IMG/VR virus record: IMGVR_UViG_3300037423_000611
Span: 1-64,000 of that record
Strand: one strand, 5' to 3'
Length of the DNA stretch: 64,000 nucleotides
Source of the DNA: a virus
Lineage: Duplodnaviria; Caudoviricetes
The position numbers were made by a program, and so were the translations under genes. The notes under the pieces were generated by a model. That model saw only the letters and a list, made by a program, of their open reading frames with translations. It made no database searches and was not told the DNA's origin. This document shows, piece after piece, positions 20,401-28,021 of this stretch (within the stretch, counting starts at the first letter, position 1; every line of letters begins with the position of its first letter).

Positions 20401-20609
20401 GGATCTACAATTTTAATTCCTTTTAAACTTGAACCATTAAGCATTGTTTGTAACGATTTAATTTGTTGATTTAAATTTGCCAATGCTTTAGTATCAATTC
20501 CAATGTCAATTTTTAAGTCTTTAATTTTATTTAATTCAGTTTGTAAATCGCCTTTTATTCCATCTTTAAATTTCGCTTTTATGAGTATCGATAGATCATT
20601 ATTAGCCAT
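14427..20609 (-). CDS. Tail tape measure protein with TP901-type core and glucosaminidase/lysozyme-like domain
   Basis: 2060 aa coiled-coil; TMP core (LNNVSNNFAVD...IGNSLKTIFSR); AANKFGVDPLLAMAISMHETG...NNVGG muralytic motif. Confidence 0.92.
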   Translation of the reverse strand: MANNDLSILIKAKFKDGIKGDLQTELNKIKDLKIDIGIDTKALANLNQQIKSLQTMLNGSSLKGIKIVDPEYIEKLKQDGRDIKITIQDIENEYKKLGQVKIKTNIDEETGRIKNYNIELEKTNGIIEKMKYTPLYVANKNGSYDTQFLLSAKTILDQSDKLNEQLFQNELKYQQKKDQEAQKEFDNEVKLAKKAEAERESVLKEEQNIRKKLADLAIQEEQRKQNEIIKIQKDEVKQAEQLQKQSQNNTKSQEDLLIAAKQAQASYHGNIDTKQLENLVSRIREINPASVSAETELVKLRQELKLLKVDATETANSISGKVSHAISSMFLWSVGGGLVFGAQRALHSMLDTIKEIDTQMTQLSRVMDAGTNMNQILQGSLQISNELGKSLSDTNEALIGFAQQGYSAADALAMTHTAMLQTNVSELSAKESMDNLTATMISFGIAAKDSITIVDKLNNVSNNFAVDTKTLSDALSKSAATAHTYGASIDNVLGYITAIGSVTRESGNVIGNSLKTIFSRFSSDQSVNALSAVGVDVFDKYTGEVRKVDDIIKDLATRWNSLTSTQKENIAVAEAGRFQLTRFLALFDNFQIATNASEKSLKSFGSATQENERYLQSIEASINKLKTNWTELSLVVGGSGLTNIFRGTIDAVTSLTHGFTEFTKATDGWNVKLPIIAAGVYGLGKAIIFLSEAFKVAKLSAGWIGITLVALETLGASFMSVSKSADSSAQSLMENGLKTRETADNIDKLVQKYNELKPQAENNKQKQDELNQVMQQIKSIAPQLVESMGKYGDSLDINATKAKQFTDTLKKMSDEQLKNADLKNKLDLSIVNNDLEKNKKDIDEYESKMKNTSDDIYQYQQKYHVQAIEDAKTEYKERQKLYNQQIEDARKVGNTSLVDQLNDRSNQAYEEFGKYVSEISVYMSKAPELSKALQKQDDLLAQKKGIEDRQKAIEDFKNGVVSATDALKKNINAVQENDETSEKTSALGALTQRVEESSKEIDILNKAFTEMRDQGHISAETLDKLIVKHQDFASVLSKGKDAVIDYIKNAKEQNIKWIDDEKNKTDEYIDQLQKRINAANTQSTLMTEDERRRSGRVTELNNLNKQLEALKNQSTYLSSVKDALLADPKETNKSTQATDAYTLAINKLDIALDAIKNQLQDYPKYSEEYRKALAAEKKAIEDKIALAEKDLATMEKTGKAVSGKKLVQSNNGVTSASGKLGGNLSGYESTFVEAANKFGVDPLLAMAISMHETGNGSNTNYNNVGGMMTSSGKMHFDNLSEGIYAMVSNLARNYIQQGLTSISDIQKKYAPIGADNDPNNMNSDWANGVSKFYGQLGGITTGKDAVSDADFQKTLLERKKSIDQWKQELKNLDFEQVTSQLEEFEHANQLLDKDIEASNSHLFQYNNTSQEYRVELGKQIPLLKQKQDNLHLEAESIRNTLKANEEADEQHKLTAVQVDSLNEKLTELGISWWNYEQQISKIKVDQVESQLQAQRELIDSIDQEVNLHKTQRDLFDQTSQQYTDETQQILLLTSKKIALEQEYQKSIRNTLDTQKLSEDERKKLEKDLIDSQTKSFQLQHDINEEKSKIADEVIDAYKKIYEAQKKAAVDAIEEQVKAEDLRHKTYVENLEYEQKKFEDVVSAKLKLIDDQYSAEVYAQELAQKEKERQETQNKLNLLNLDNSPEGKKQRDELQKDLLKQDQEIQKLKHDHEKDIRKKTLQDILDTNKNEAEDKKKAEDDKYNATKDSLDKQKTATEKMYDDLIGDERKFAQIREQIMQGHLDSVMSDLNRFTSSLSGTMSGIGENIKNGLIDKLKEAQQNLAMLQQLNLQIQQQLQLPLQGGVSVGGASFPSDSVSVNSDGATTVLKDTVIDGVTIPAGTVFYNESQHNGGNYSSGSSSSSSEGSHSSSNSSSSGSSSSHSGSSSSDGVTQTSSGWSYGGNSYSNLSSALHAAGAKGYDTGGMTPSWGSDGKIALLHEKELVLNKFDTSNILKTVDIVRNLANYLRLPSLPTLSPSAAVGDGKTININITGNTISGDQKGADWLFSKVVTEVKKWGGNI

Positions 20610-20632
20610 ATAGCTTCTCCTTTCTCATTACA

Positions 20633-20670
20633 AAAATAAAAAAGAAGTGGCTATATGACCACTTCTTAAT
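20633..20670 (-). terminator. Terminator after lipoprotein gene
   Basis: AAGAAGTGG-TCATATAG-CCACTTCTT plus T-tract. Confidence 0.7.
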
Positions 20671-21040
20671 CCTCTATATTCAACCTTTTCTTAAAATCCT
20701 TTGACGCTTTTATATAATCATCTATTGATGATTGGCGTAACGTTTCGTTATGCCTTGCATTGGCAACAATATTTTCATTTAAGGCAACACTCATGTCTAA
20801 AAAATCATCCATAATCTGCTTTCCTTTTTCGTCTTTTCTTATTTCAACGTATTTCTTTGCGAAGACATCTAATGTTTGTTGTTCTTGTTGTGAAAGTTGG
20901 TCACCAGTTTTCATATGTGAATCCATAATTTTAATGATTTCTTTGGAGTCAGATTGTTGTAATTTTGCCACTTCGCTTGAAGAGCATCCTGTTAAAAACA
21001 ACACTGTGGATATAATTAAAAAACATATTTTATTCAACAT
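20666..21040 (-). CDS. Lipoprotein (candidate superinfection-exclusion moron)
   Basis: ATG 21040 after SD GAGGTG; signal MLNKICFLIISTVLFLTG-C lipobox. Confidence 0.75.
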   Translation of the reverse strand: MLNKICFLIISTVLFLTGCSSSEVAKLQQSDSKEIIKIMDSHMKTGDQLSQQEQQTLDVFAKKYVEIRKDEKGKQIMDDFLDMSVALNENIVANARHNETLRQSSIDDYIKASKDFKKRLNIED

Positions 21041-21047
21041 AAATAAC

Positions 21048-21096
21048 ACCTCAGTGAATGGTATTTTAATAACCATTATATACCATTCACTGAGGT
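21048..21096 (-). promoter_or_regulatory. Perfect 17-bp inverted repeat whose 3' arm holds the lipoprotein SD, with TATAAT at the loop edge
   Basis: Arms 21048-21064 and 21080-21096; TATAAT at 21080-21075 on minus strand. Confidence 0.7.
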
Positions 21097-21107
21097 TTAT
21101 GCTATAA

Positions 21108-22784
21108 TTATTTAATCGTGGATAATTTACTTTTTAAACCTTCTAGGTCATTTTTAAGATCGCTTGGATAAACTGCGACAAATTTGTAACTAGGTAATTC
21201 TGAAAAATAATCTATTTTTCTTTTAGTCTTTTCTCTATAACCCTTAAATGTTTCATTTTCACTCTTCTCATTATACCAACCAAAATATTCTACAATAATG
21301 TTATTGTTAATAATCCAATCTGGAACATAATTCTCATTTGTTTTAATATTAAACCATTTATTTTTTTCTAAAACATTATTATAAAAATATTTCACATTTT
21401 TAAATTCTTTTTTAAGAAATTGATGGATTAAAACTTCATCTCTGGAATCAAATCGTTCTCCATCTTCTGAGTAAACCTTATTTATAAAATCTTGATGGTT
21501 AAATGTATTTGAATAAGCAAATGAGAATAAGAATCCTATATCATTAAATTTAACGGTTAAAGTTCCTAATCTATATTCATTTAATAATTTGTTGACCGGA
21601 AGTTTTGCAATATCTTTTACAGAAGAAACCAATTTATCGTCAATAACTTTATTAATAAACCAATCAATTGCAATTCTAACGTTATTGCCTTCATTCCAAT
21701 ACCCAGAAGGGACTTGTTGAAATTCCCAAGGCATCCACTTATGCGGATATAAAAAATTAAAAGATTGATAGGGAGATAAATTAAAACAATTCGCTAAAAA
21801 AGAGAAAAGCCCATATTCCTTAAATAAATTCTGTGAAACTATTTTAGGAATATCTTCTATAGAACATATTTTCCTATCTTCTATTAATTTACTCACTAAC
21901 CATTCCATTATTTCTTTTTTATTTTCATCACTTTTATAAAAGTTTTTGGGTACAGTTTTTAACTGCCATTCTTTATATTTAAAAGGGAATAAATAATTAA
22001 TAATATTATAGTTAGAAGAATTAAAGAACTTAAGATAAATTGAGTATAGATTATATTCTTCCATAATATTTTTGAAATTTAATTTCAGGAAGTCTTTATC
22101 ATCAGAAACTATACCCGATATATACAATTTGTTCTTGAGCCAGTTCATCGCCATTTCGATATTTTCTTCATTAGACCAATAATTGCTAGGAACTCTGCTT
22201 TTATTAAATTCCCAAGGTTTAAAATATCCATCAAAAGCTATTTCCAGTATATTGTAAATACCATAATTGTCAGTTAATGTTACTAGTTTATATTTTATAA
22301 ATAAATCCTTGTTGATAACATTTAATATGTCTTCACGTTTATTAATAATTCCATCATCTTTTAATTTATCAACGAAGCAAAATACTAACCCTTTTATATC
22401 TTCACTACTTAAATCATTGAAAAACTTATCAGGAAAACCTTTTAAATCTGAATTTAATACTTTTTTATAAATCAGAACTTTTTCCTCAGTGCTTTTCAAA
22501 CTCATAATTTCTTCTTTTTTATTTGAAATGCATTTAATACAACAGTCTTTATGAGTTGGATCTAAATTTTGGGTTGTGTAATTTCTAAAATCTTTATAAT
22601 ATTTTTCCTTACAATAATCACATGACACAAGCACATCTACTAGTGTTCCTTTAGATAAATCTTTTACATTGACTTCAAATGTGTCTCCCATCTTTGTAAA
22701 CGGATAACCTATAGAAACATAATATTCTTTGTTTTTACTATGCCAATTCACATTAACCTTCTGTGGTAATATCAACATTACCAA
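21108..22784 (-). CDS. Large putative endonuclease: N-terminal Zn ribbon, central W-containing repeats, C-terminal PD-(D/E)XK-like domain
   Basis: CDYC...CCIKC; repeated (K/M)PW(E/Q)..VP..YW units; FDSRDE...YVPDWII...IVEYFG. Confidence 0.7.
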   Translation of the reverse strand: MVMLILPQKVNVNWHSKNKEYYVSIGYPFTKMGDTFEVNVKDLSKGTLVDVLVSCDYCKEKYYKDFRNYTTQNLDPTHKDCCIKCISNKKEEIMSLKSTEEKVLIYKKVLNSDLKGFPDKFFNDLSSEDIKGLVFCFVDKLKDDGIINKREDILNVINKDLFIKYKLVTLTDNYGIYNILEIAFDGYFKPWEFNKSRVPSNYWSNEENIEMAMNWLKNKLYISGIVSDDKDFLKLNFKNIMEEYNLYSIYLKFFNSSNYNIINYLFPFKYKEWQLKTVPKNFYKSDENKKEIMEWLVSKLIEDRKICSIEDIPKIVSQNLFKEYGLFSFLANCFNLSPYQSFNFLYPHKWMPWEFQQVPSGYWNEGNNVRIAIDWFINKVIDDKLVSSVKDIAKLPVNKLLNEYRLGTLTVKFNDIGFLFSFAYSNTFNHQDFINKVYSEDGERFDSRDEVLIHQFLKKEFKNVKYFYNNVLEKNKWFNIKTNENYVPDWIINNNIIVEYFGWYNEKSENETFKGYREKTKRKIDYFSELPSYKFVAVYPSDLKNDLEGLKSKLSTIK

Positions 22785-22807
22785 TCAACCCCCATTGATC
22801 TATGTAT

Positions 22808-22890
22808 CCTCCACATATATAAAAAGAGATGGGATCAAGAAGTGGAGGCCTCTCTTTACCACAGATGATCAGTCCGTGATTTCCCATCTA
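22808..22890 (-). ncRNA. Structured leader RNA element A (3-way junction plus pseudoknot)
   Basis: Outer stem AGATGGGA/TCCCATCT; hairpin ATCACGGA-CTGATCA-TCTGTGGT; loop CCTCCAC complementary to GTGGAGG past the U-tract; TATAAT at 22900-22895. Confidence 0.65.
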
Positions 22891-22931
22891 TAAAATTATA
22901 CCCAATATCAATCTACAATTCTACCAATCTA

Positions 22932-23144
22932 CTAAAATTCATCTTCACCTATTACATTAATGTTCTCAGACCTATAATCACATACTGTCATTCCCTTATC
23001 TTCAATCAACTTCTCAATATGTATATCCAAGCCTCTCGTCTTGCTATCAATCAGTTCTGATAAATCACTATTCACATTATGTTCGATATCAAAACTCAGT
23101 ACCATCTTAACATCCATAAATACTGTCGATTTTGCTAATTCCAT
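22932..23144 (-). CDS. Small acidic hypothetical protein (70 aa)
   Basis: ATG 23144 after SD GGGAGGT, downstream of a strong sigA promoter. Confidence 0.7.
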   Translation of the reverse strand: MELAKSTVFMDVKMVLSFDIEHNVNSDLSELIDSKTRGLDIHIEKLIEDKGMTVCDYRSENINVIGEDEF

Positions 23145-23185
23145 CGTTAAAACCTCCCTTGGAATAGTATTTCCTTCATGAGTTA

Positions 23186-23214
23186 ATAGTAACATCATGT
23201 GCAAGCACCGTCAA
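23186..23214 (-). promoter_or_regulatory. SigA-type promoter overlapped by GTGCTTG repeats
   Basis: TTGACG-17 nt-TACTAT with TGn extension. Confidence 0.75.
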
Positions 23215-23322
23215 GCACTTTATTTCAACTGATTGCACTTTTCAAATTTGTTAATATTTGATACAATAAAATTAATTAAAGTGCTTGCAACTTCTAGAGA
23301 GTACCTTAACCTTGGAGGTATT

Positions 23323-23508
23323 ATGGAAAAGAAAATGTTAAAAACGAGAACAAGATTTAGTAATTCGTTACGTAATGACTTACATGAAGAACTCCATAAA
23401 TTGTCTTCTGTAAGTGATATACCAGTGTCTAAACTTCTGGATAGAGCAGTGGAAATGCTATTAACTGATTTTGAATATCTGCCAAAGAAATCCCCTGACA
23501 AAGAGTAG
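23323..23508 (+). CDS. Ribbon-helix-helix DNA-binding protein
   Basis: ATG 23323 after GGAGG; RTRFSNSL (ribbon)...LHEELHKLS...VSKLLDRAVEMLL. Confidence 0.8.
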   Translation: MEKKMLKTRTRFSNSLRNDLHEELHKLSSVSDIPVSKLLDRAVEMLLTDFEYLPKKSPDKE

Positions 23509-23526
23509 GGGATTTTACATAAATAA

Positions 23527-23586
23527 AAATACTCCACCTAAGACAATAAGCAGGAAAACCTGCTCAGTTCTATTAGGGGAGTATTT
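23527..23586. terminator. Probable bidirectional terminator between RHH and recombinase genes
   Basis: AAATACTCC/GGAGTATTT and CCTAA/TTAGG arms with internal GCAGG-AAAA-CCTGC hairpin. Confidence 0.6.
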
Positions 23587-24622
23587 AACCATTATCTTGT
23601 TGTTTCTTATTCTTCTCTTCTGCCATTTTACGCTTCATTTCTAATATTTTGTCTCTTGTTTCAGTTTTAGACTTTGGCTTGATGTAACTGGCTCTTGTTG
23701 TTTCTACTGACTTATGGTTAGCCATATCTGCTGCAAGTGCCAAATCTCCAGTCTTTTCATAAATTTCGTTAAGTGAGGTTTTACGAATACAGTGGCAGTG
23801 AAAATCTTCCAATCCTAATATGCGACCAATTTTTCTTACACGATCTTGGATTGTGCCATATGTCATTTGCTTGTACTCTCCATGATACTTTGTAATAAAT
23901 AAAGCATCGATTTCAAGATTATCCATTTCGGACTTTCTAATTTCCAACCATTCTTCAATTAAACTTTTTGTATTTTCCATAAAAGTAACTTCAACTCTAT
24001 ACCCACGTTTTTCACGGATCTCATTAAACATCATACTGTCCAAGTCCATTGAGGATAAAGTTAATTTAGATATTGCCCCAACCCTATTGGCACTTTCTAA
24101 CATAAGTGACCATATTATATTATCTTGGATGTCATACTTTTTTTCATCTAACAAACCTTCATTTATACGTTGAATTTCTTGATCGTTAAGATAATAGTGG
24201 TTAATGATTTTTTCGTCATTGGCACCTTTCATACGATCTAATTTCTTATCAAATGGATGGTGAGGAATCAATCTTCGTTTCATGCTCCATAGATAGAAAC
24301 TAGATACGGTACTAATTTTTGTATTGATAACCTTTTTATTATTCTTTAATATTTCTTGACAAAAATATATGTAACTCTCCATAATATCTACGGCATTATC
24401 CATGAACTCTTCACTATAAAAATTGATGTTATTCCATTCTTCGGCAATGAAAACCATGAAATGATTCATATAGTTTTGATATACTTTATAAGTGGTATCT
24501 TTTACATCGCGGTTCTTCATTATTGAACTTGTGAGGTATTTCTCATATATTTTTTTATTTTCATCTGAAATTAATGCCAATCGGTCAGGTGTAAAATATT
24601 TTATTTTTGTTACTTTAGCCAT
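23585..24622 (-). CDS. Tyrosine recombinase embedded in the tail module
   Basis: R (SANRVGA), K, HCIR, NH, Y (RASY) catalytic set; position as in SPbeta-like phages. Confidence 0.85.
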   Translation of the reverse strand: MAKVTKIKYFTPDRLALISDENKKIYEKYLTSSIMKNRDVKDTTYKVYQNYMNHFMVFIAEEWNNINFYSEEFMDNAVDIMESYIYFCQEILKNNKKVINTKISTVSSFYLWSMKRRLIPHHPFDKKLDRMKGANDEKIINHYYLNDQEIQRINEGLLDEKKYDIQDNIIWSLMLESANRVGAISKLTLSSMDLDSMMFNEIREKRGYRVEVTFMENTKSLIEEWLEIRKSEMDNLEIDALFITKYHGEYKQMTYGTIQDRVRKIGRILGLEDFHCHCIRKTSLNEIYEKTGDLALAADMANHKSVETTRASYIKPKSKTETRDKILEMKRKMAEEKNKKQQDNG

Positions 24623-24646
24623 TCTTTCACCTCCTTATATCACACA

Positions 24647-25111
24647 TTATTTAATTTCATAACCCTTACTTTTCATTGCCTCTTTCAACGCCTCTACATG
24701 TTTACCACTTTGCTCTAAAGCGTCTCTCGCAGGTTCTACAAAGTGTCTAGGTTTTTCGTAACCATATCCCCATCTATCTTGAATTGAATAAGGATTTTTA
24801 CCTTCAATAATCGAAGCCACATAAACATCATCACCATGTCCATCTGTGCCTTCTCGTGTACTATAAATGGAAACGCCATTATCTACTGGTTCTGCTTCAA
24901 AGTTAGCAGGGTCAGTTAAACCACCATGCTCCATATGTCTCGTATATAGAGAACTAGGTGAAGGAGTGTAAGGTGTATAGACATTCTGTTCAATACTAGG
25001 AATTAGTTCATCCACTACAACTTTTTTAATTTTAGGGTCTTGTTGTAATGATTTTTCAGCATCCTTGAGAGCATATTTAAGCAATTCTTCTATAGAATTA
25101 AAATTAGCCAT
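24647..25111 (-). CDS. Tail completion protein (HK97 gp10-like)
   Basis: YSPxxYxR-like segment and C-terminal PRHFVEPA motif. Confidence 0.55.
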   Translation of the reverse strand: MANFNSIEELLKYALKDAEKSLQQDPKIKKVVVDELIPSIEQNVYTPYTPSPSSLYTRHMEHGGLTDPANFEAEPVDNGVSIYSTREGTDGHGDDVYVASIIEGKNPYSIQDRWGYGYEKPRHFVEPARDALEQSGKHVEALKEAMKSKGYEIK

Positions 25112-25610
25112 CTATATCATCTACATCATTATTTTCATTTTCATCAACCATTCCACCGACCTGCGCTTTGAACAGCAACTCACCAATCATCTCTTGTGCC
25201 TGTGGTAAGTTTTTACTCATTCTCTCTACAGCAGCATTGAGTTTCTGTAGTTCATTCGCATCATATGAATTCCATAATTCCTCAAATATATCTAGGTTTA
25301 TAAGGTTATGTACAGTTGCTACTAAGACCTCATGCCCACATTCGCCATAGGGTATATTTGAAAAATATTTCAAAGTCAATCCATACATCACATATGTTAA
25401 ATAGATCATCGTATCAGACGCATCCATTTTGCTTCCGTTAGTTTTGAGTTCGTTGATAATGGATAAATAGTCGATAAGTAACTTTTGTAATTGTAATGGT
25501 TGAAAATGTTCATTAATAATAAACTCAAAACCGCCAATTTCAACTTTACGTTTAGCGTTTAGTTTAGATGCTTCTTTACTCAAATTGCTTAGAGTAGGTT
25601 TTTTAGCCAT
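25104..25610 (-). CDS. Putative tail assembly chaperone
   Basis: Position downstream of major tail gene; helical acidic protein. Confidence 0.4.
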   Translation of the reverse strand: MAKKPTLSNLSKEASKLNAKRKVEIGGFEFIINEHFQPLQLQKLLIDYLSIINELKTNGSKMDASDTMIYLTYVMYGLTLKYFSNIPYGECGHEVLVATVHNLINLDIFEELWNSYDANELQKLNAAVERMSKNLPQAQEMIGELLFKAQVGGMVDENENNDVDDIDG

Positions 25611-25756
25611 AATAAATACCTCCTTGTGGTATGGGGTAGAGTGGGTATAGATAAAAGAAAAAGAGCCTACTGGTGAGTAGACTCTGTTTGGGTGTTATAA
25701 AATTATTTTAGTTATATATTATTTTATATTTACACTTGCGCATTGTGTAAATATAA

Positions 25757-27070
25757 TTATGAAGCATATTGTAAATACTCTTCTTTAACAGAAATATTAT
25801 TTTCCATTAATATTTTAGTTATAAATTTAATATCATGCCAAGGATCTTCACTGCTGATACGTAACATTGTATAGCCATGTTCTTTTACAAGTTTATCTTT
25901 TAGTTTATCGTTCTGCTGTGTTATAAGAAAACGTTCTTTTCCACCAAAATCCTTTACTGGTTCTCTATGTTGTCTTCCATCAAATTCAACTACTAAATTT
26001 AATTCGTCATAAAAGCCATCGCAAAATAATAATGAATTGAATACTCCTCTTAACCAATCCCATTTTTTCTGAGGTTCGTAATCTACCCCTGTAATCCTTT
26101 TAATTAAATCCAATACAATTTTTTCAGCCTTGTTACTTGTTGAATCAATTTTGTAACCATAAAACTTGCACAGTTCATACCATGATTTCTTATATTTTCC
26201 TCTATAACCACTTTCAGTAATATTTGATAACTGATTAAATAACTTTTTTGTCGGATATTGTCCATATTCCCTTTTACAATACTCAAATACCCTTATGAAT
26301 TCATTCTTATAATCTTCATCACTGTAAGTTGCAGACATACCACCTGTCAATTTTCCAGCTTCTTGTTTTGCTTTCTTGCCTCTTAGTTTATATTCTTTGT
26401 ATTCATCATCGGTAACAATTGCTTTAACAATTTTCTCATATTTTTTATTATTTAATCCAAAATGCGATTCACTAAAATATGCAGTGAAGGATATTTTACT
26501 ATATCTCATAAATTCACTATAAATAGGCACACCACCAATTAAGTCCTTAATTTCATAAAAATTATCAACTAACTCTTGCTCAGTGTAACGAAGTTTTCTT
26601 ATGTCGCAACTATCTCTAATACCATCTCTTCCTATTTCTCTGGTAATATTATCAGTAATATAAGGATGAGTTTTTTCGAACCTTTTTACATTCTGAGAAT
26701 TATTTTCATCTTTGTATTTTAAAAATTCATTGATTACATAAGAATGTAGTTGGTCATATTTACCATATTCTTTTACAATATCAGTCCAAGATATATTAAA
26801 ATAATTTGTATACGATTGCGCTTTAATCAAAGAAACTTCATTAAATCCTTTTGGAGTAATCGCTTGTGGAGTTTTTATAATACAAATAAGAAAATTATTT
26901 TCGAGTTCTTCTTCATTATATTTATTTTTAAATGTTTTCTTATGATGTTTATGTAAAGTTTCTTTCCTTACAATTTTTCTACAATACGAACAATACCTTG
27001 TTGCAATATCTACATCAAGCATTTCTATATTACATCTTTCACAGTTCTTACTTTTAATTTTCTTTGCCAT
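25757..27070 (-). CDS. Vsr/EDxHD-like endonuclease with homing-endonuclease-associated repeats
   Basis: N-terminal CxxC...CxxC; repeated YTEQEL/YSDEDY...P....F helical units; WDWLRG...CDGF...VVEFDGRQH. Confidence 0.8.
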   Translation of the reverse strand: MAKKIKSKNCERCNIEMLDVDIATRYCSYCRKIVRKETLHKHHKKTFKNKYNEEELENNFLICIIKTPQAITPKGFNEVSLIKAQSYTNYFNISWTDIVKEYGKYDQLHSYVINEFLKYKDENNSQNVKRFEKTHPYITDNITREIGRDGIRDSCDIRKLRYTEQELVDNFYEIKDLIGGVPIYSEFMRYSKISFTAYFSESHFGLNNKKYEKIVKAIVTDDEYKEYKLRGKKAKQEAGKLTGGMSATYSDEDYKNEFIRVFEYCKREYGQYPTKKLFNQLSNITESGYRGKYKKSWYELCKFYGYKIDSTSNKAEKIVLDLIKRITGVDYEPQKKWDWLRGVFNSLLFCDGFYDELNLVVEFDGRQHREPVKDFGGKERFLITQQNDKLKDKLVKEHGYTMLRISSEDPWHDIKFITKILMENNISVKEEYLQYAS

Positions 27071-27079
27071 TTTTATCAC

Positions 27080-27178
27080 TCCTCTGAATGATTCCTCTTC
27101 TACATAAAAAAATAGGAGAAACAGGTTAGAGGATGCCTGCTTTCAATCGAATTGATCAGATTCAATCTATCTCCTATT
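27080..27178 (-). ncRNA. Structured leader RNA element B (3-way junction plus pseudoknot)
   Basis: Outer stem AATAGGAGA/TCTCCTATT; hairpin GATTGAAT-CTGATCA-ATTCGATT; hairpin GCAGG-CATCCTCTAA-CCTGT with loop complementary to AGAGGA at 27098-27093 and to the SD at 27085-27080; TG-G-TATTAT at 27190-27182. Confidence 0.7.
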
Positions 27179-27230
27179 CAAATAATACCACCTTTATTTA
27201 ATTTAGTAAATGATTATTTTACGTTTGTAA

Positions 27231-27998
27231 CTAAGTTAAGAACACTACATCATAGTAAACGTAGTCAGAACCTTGAGTTACAGCATACATATCTAATTCC
27301 ATATCCAATTTTGTAGCGTTCGTGCTCGAAAGCGCAAAGTTAAAATTAGGTTTGAATTTAGCATTGTAAATTGTAAATGCGCAAGCCTTGTCCGTACCAG
27401 TAACCTGATCTCTTGCAATACCTTCTCCGACAAGTTTCATAGGTTTAACAAACTTATTAGCTTTCATGGAGAATTTAGTGGCAGTATTAGGAGTTGCATA
27501 AGTATACCAAACTACAATCTGCTTACCATTATCTGCTGTATCTACAGTGATAGTTGTACCGCTAATTGAATACTGTCCTGCTGTTGGTGCAGATGCAGTT
27601 ACAGTTAATGGAGTGCCATTATCACGAGTGCCATCTAGATAGAATACAGAAGTAGTTGTTCCTGCCACTGGAGCAGAAGATAAAGTTGCCGTTCCACTAG
27701 CAACAGTTAACACTTCACGTTTTAAAACGTTCTGTGCTCCTGTTGCAACCGTATCTCCCATCAAAGATGCCATTAAGTTAATATCAACCAGTGGTAAAGA
27801 AAGTTTCATGCTAGAAACCTTTGAGTGGTCGAATGAAAGAAGTCTGTAATTCCCCTGACCTCCGGTTAAATCAATTCTTGAACCTTGGTTGTCTATCTCC
27901 GTAGTTTCCGCGTAATCGATATAAAAAAGCGGATCATTTGTTGAAAAATCTAAGCACTGTAGGTTTAATACTTCCTTTATCCCATATTGCATGGACAT
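27231..27998 (-). CDS. Major tail tube protein
   Basis: QYGIKEV start, GGQGNYRLLSFDH motif, position in tail operon. Confidence 0.75.
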   Translation of the reverse strand: MSMQYGIKEVLNLQCLDFSTNDPLFYIDYAETTEIDNQGSRIDLTGGQGNYRLLSFDHSKVSSMKLSLPLVDINLMASLMGDTVATGAQNVLKREVLTVASGTATLSSAPVAGTTTSVFYLDGTRDNGTPLTVTASAPTAGQYSISGTTITVDTADNGKQIVVWYTYATPNTATKFSMKANKFVKPMKLVGEGIARDQVTGTDKACAFTIYNAKFKPNFNFALSSTNATKLDMELDMYAVTQGSDYVYYDVVFLT

Positions 27999-28021
27999 AA
28001 TGTAATTCCTCCTTATATAAT

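Noticed and set aside
24647-25610. Programmed -1 frameshift of tail assembly chaperones
   Set aside because: No clear slippery site linking the two ORFs, and the downstream ORF has its own start and a gp10-like signature
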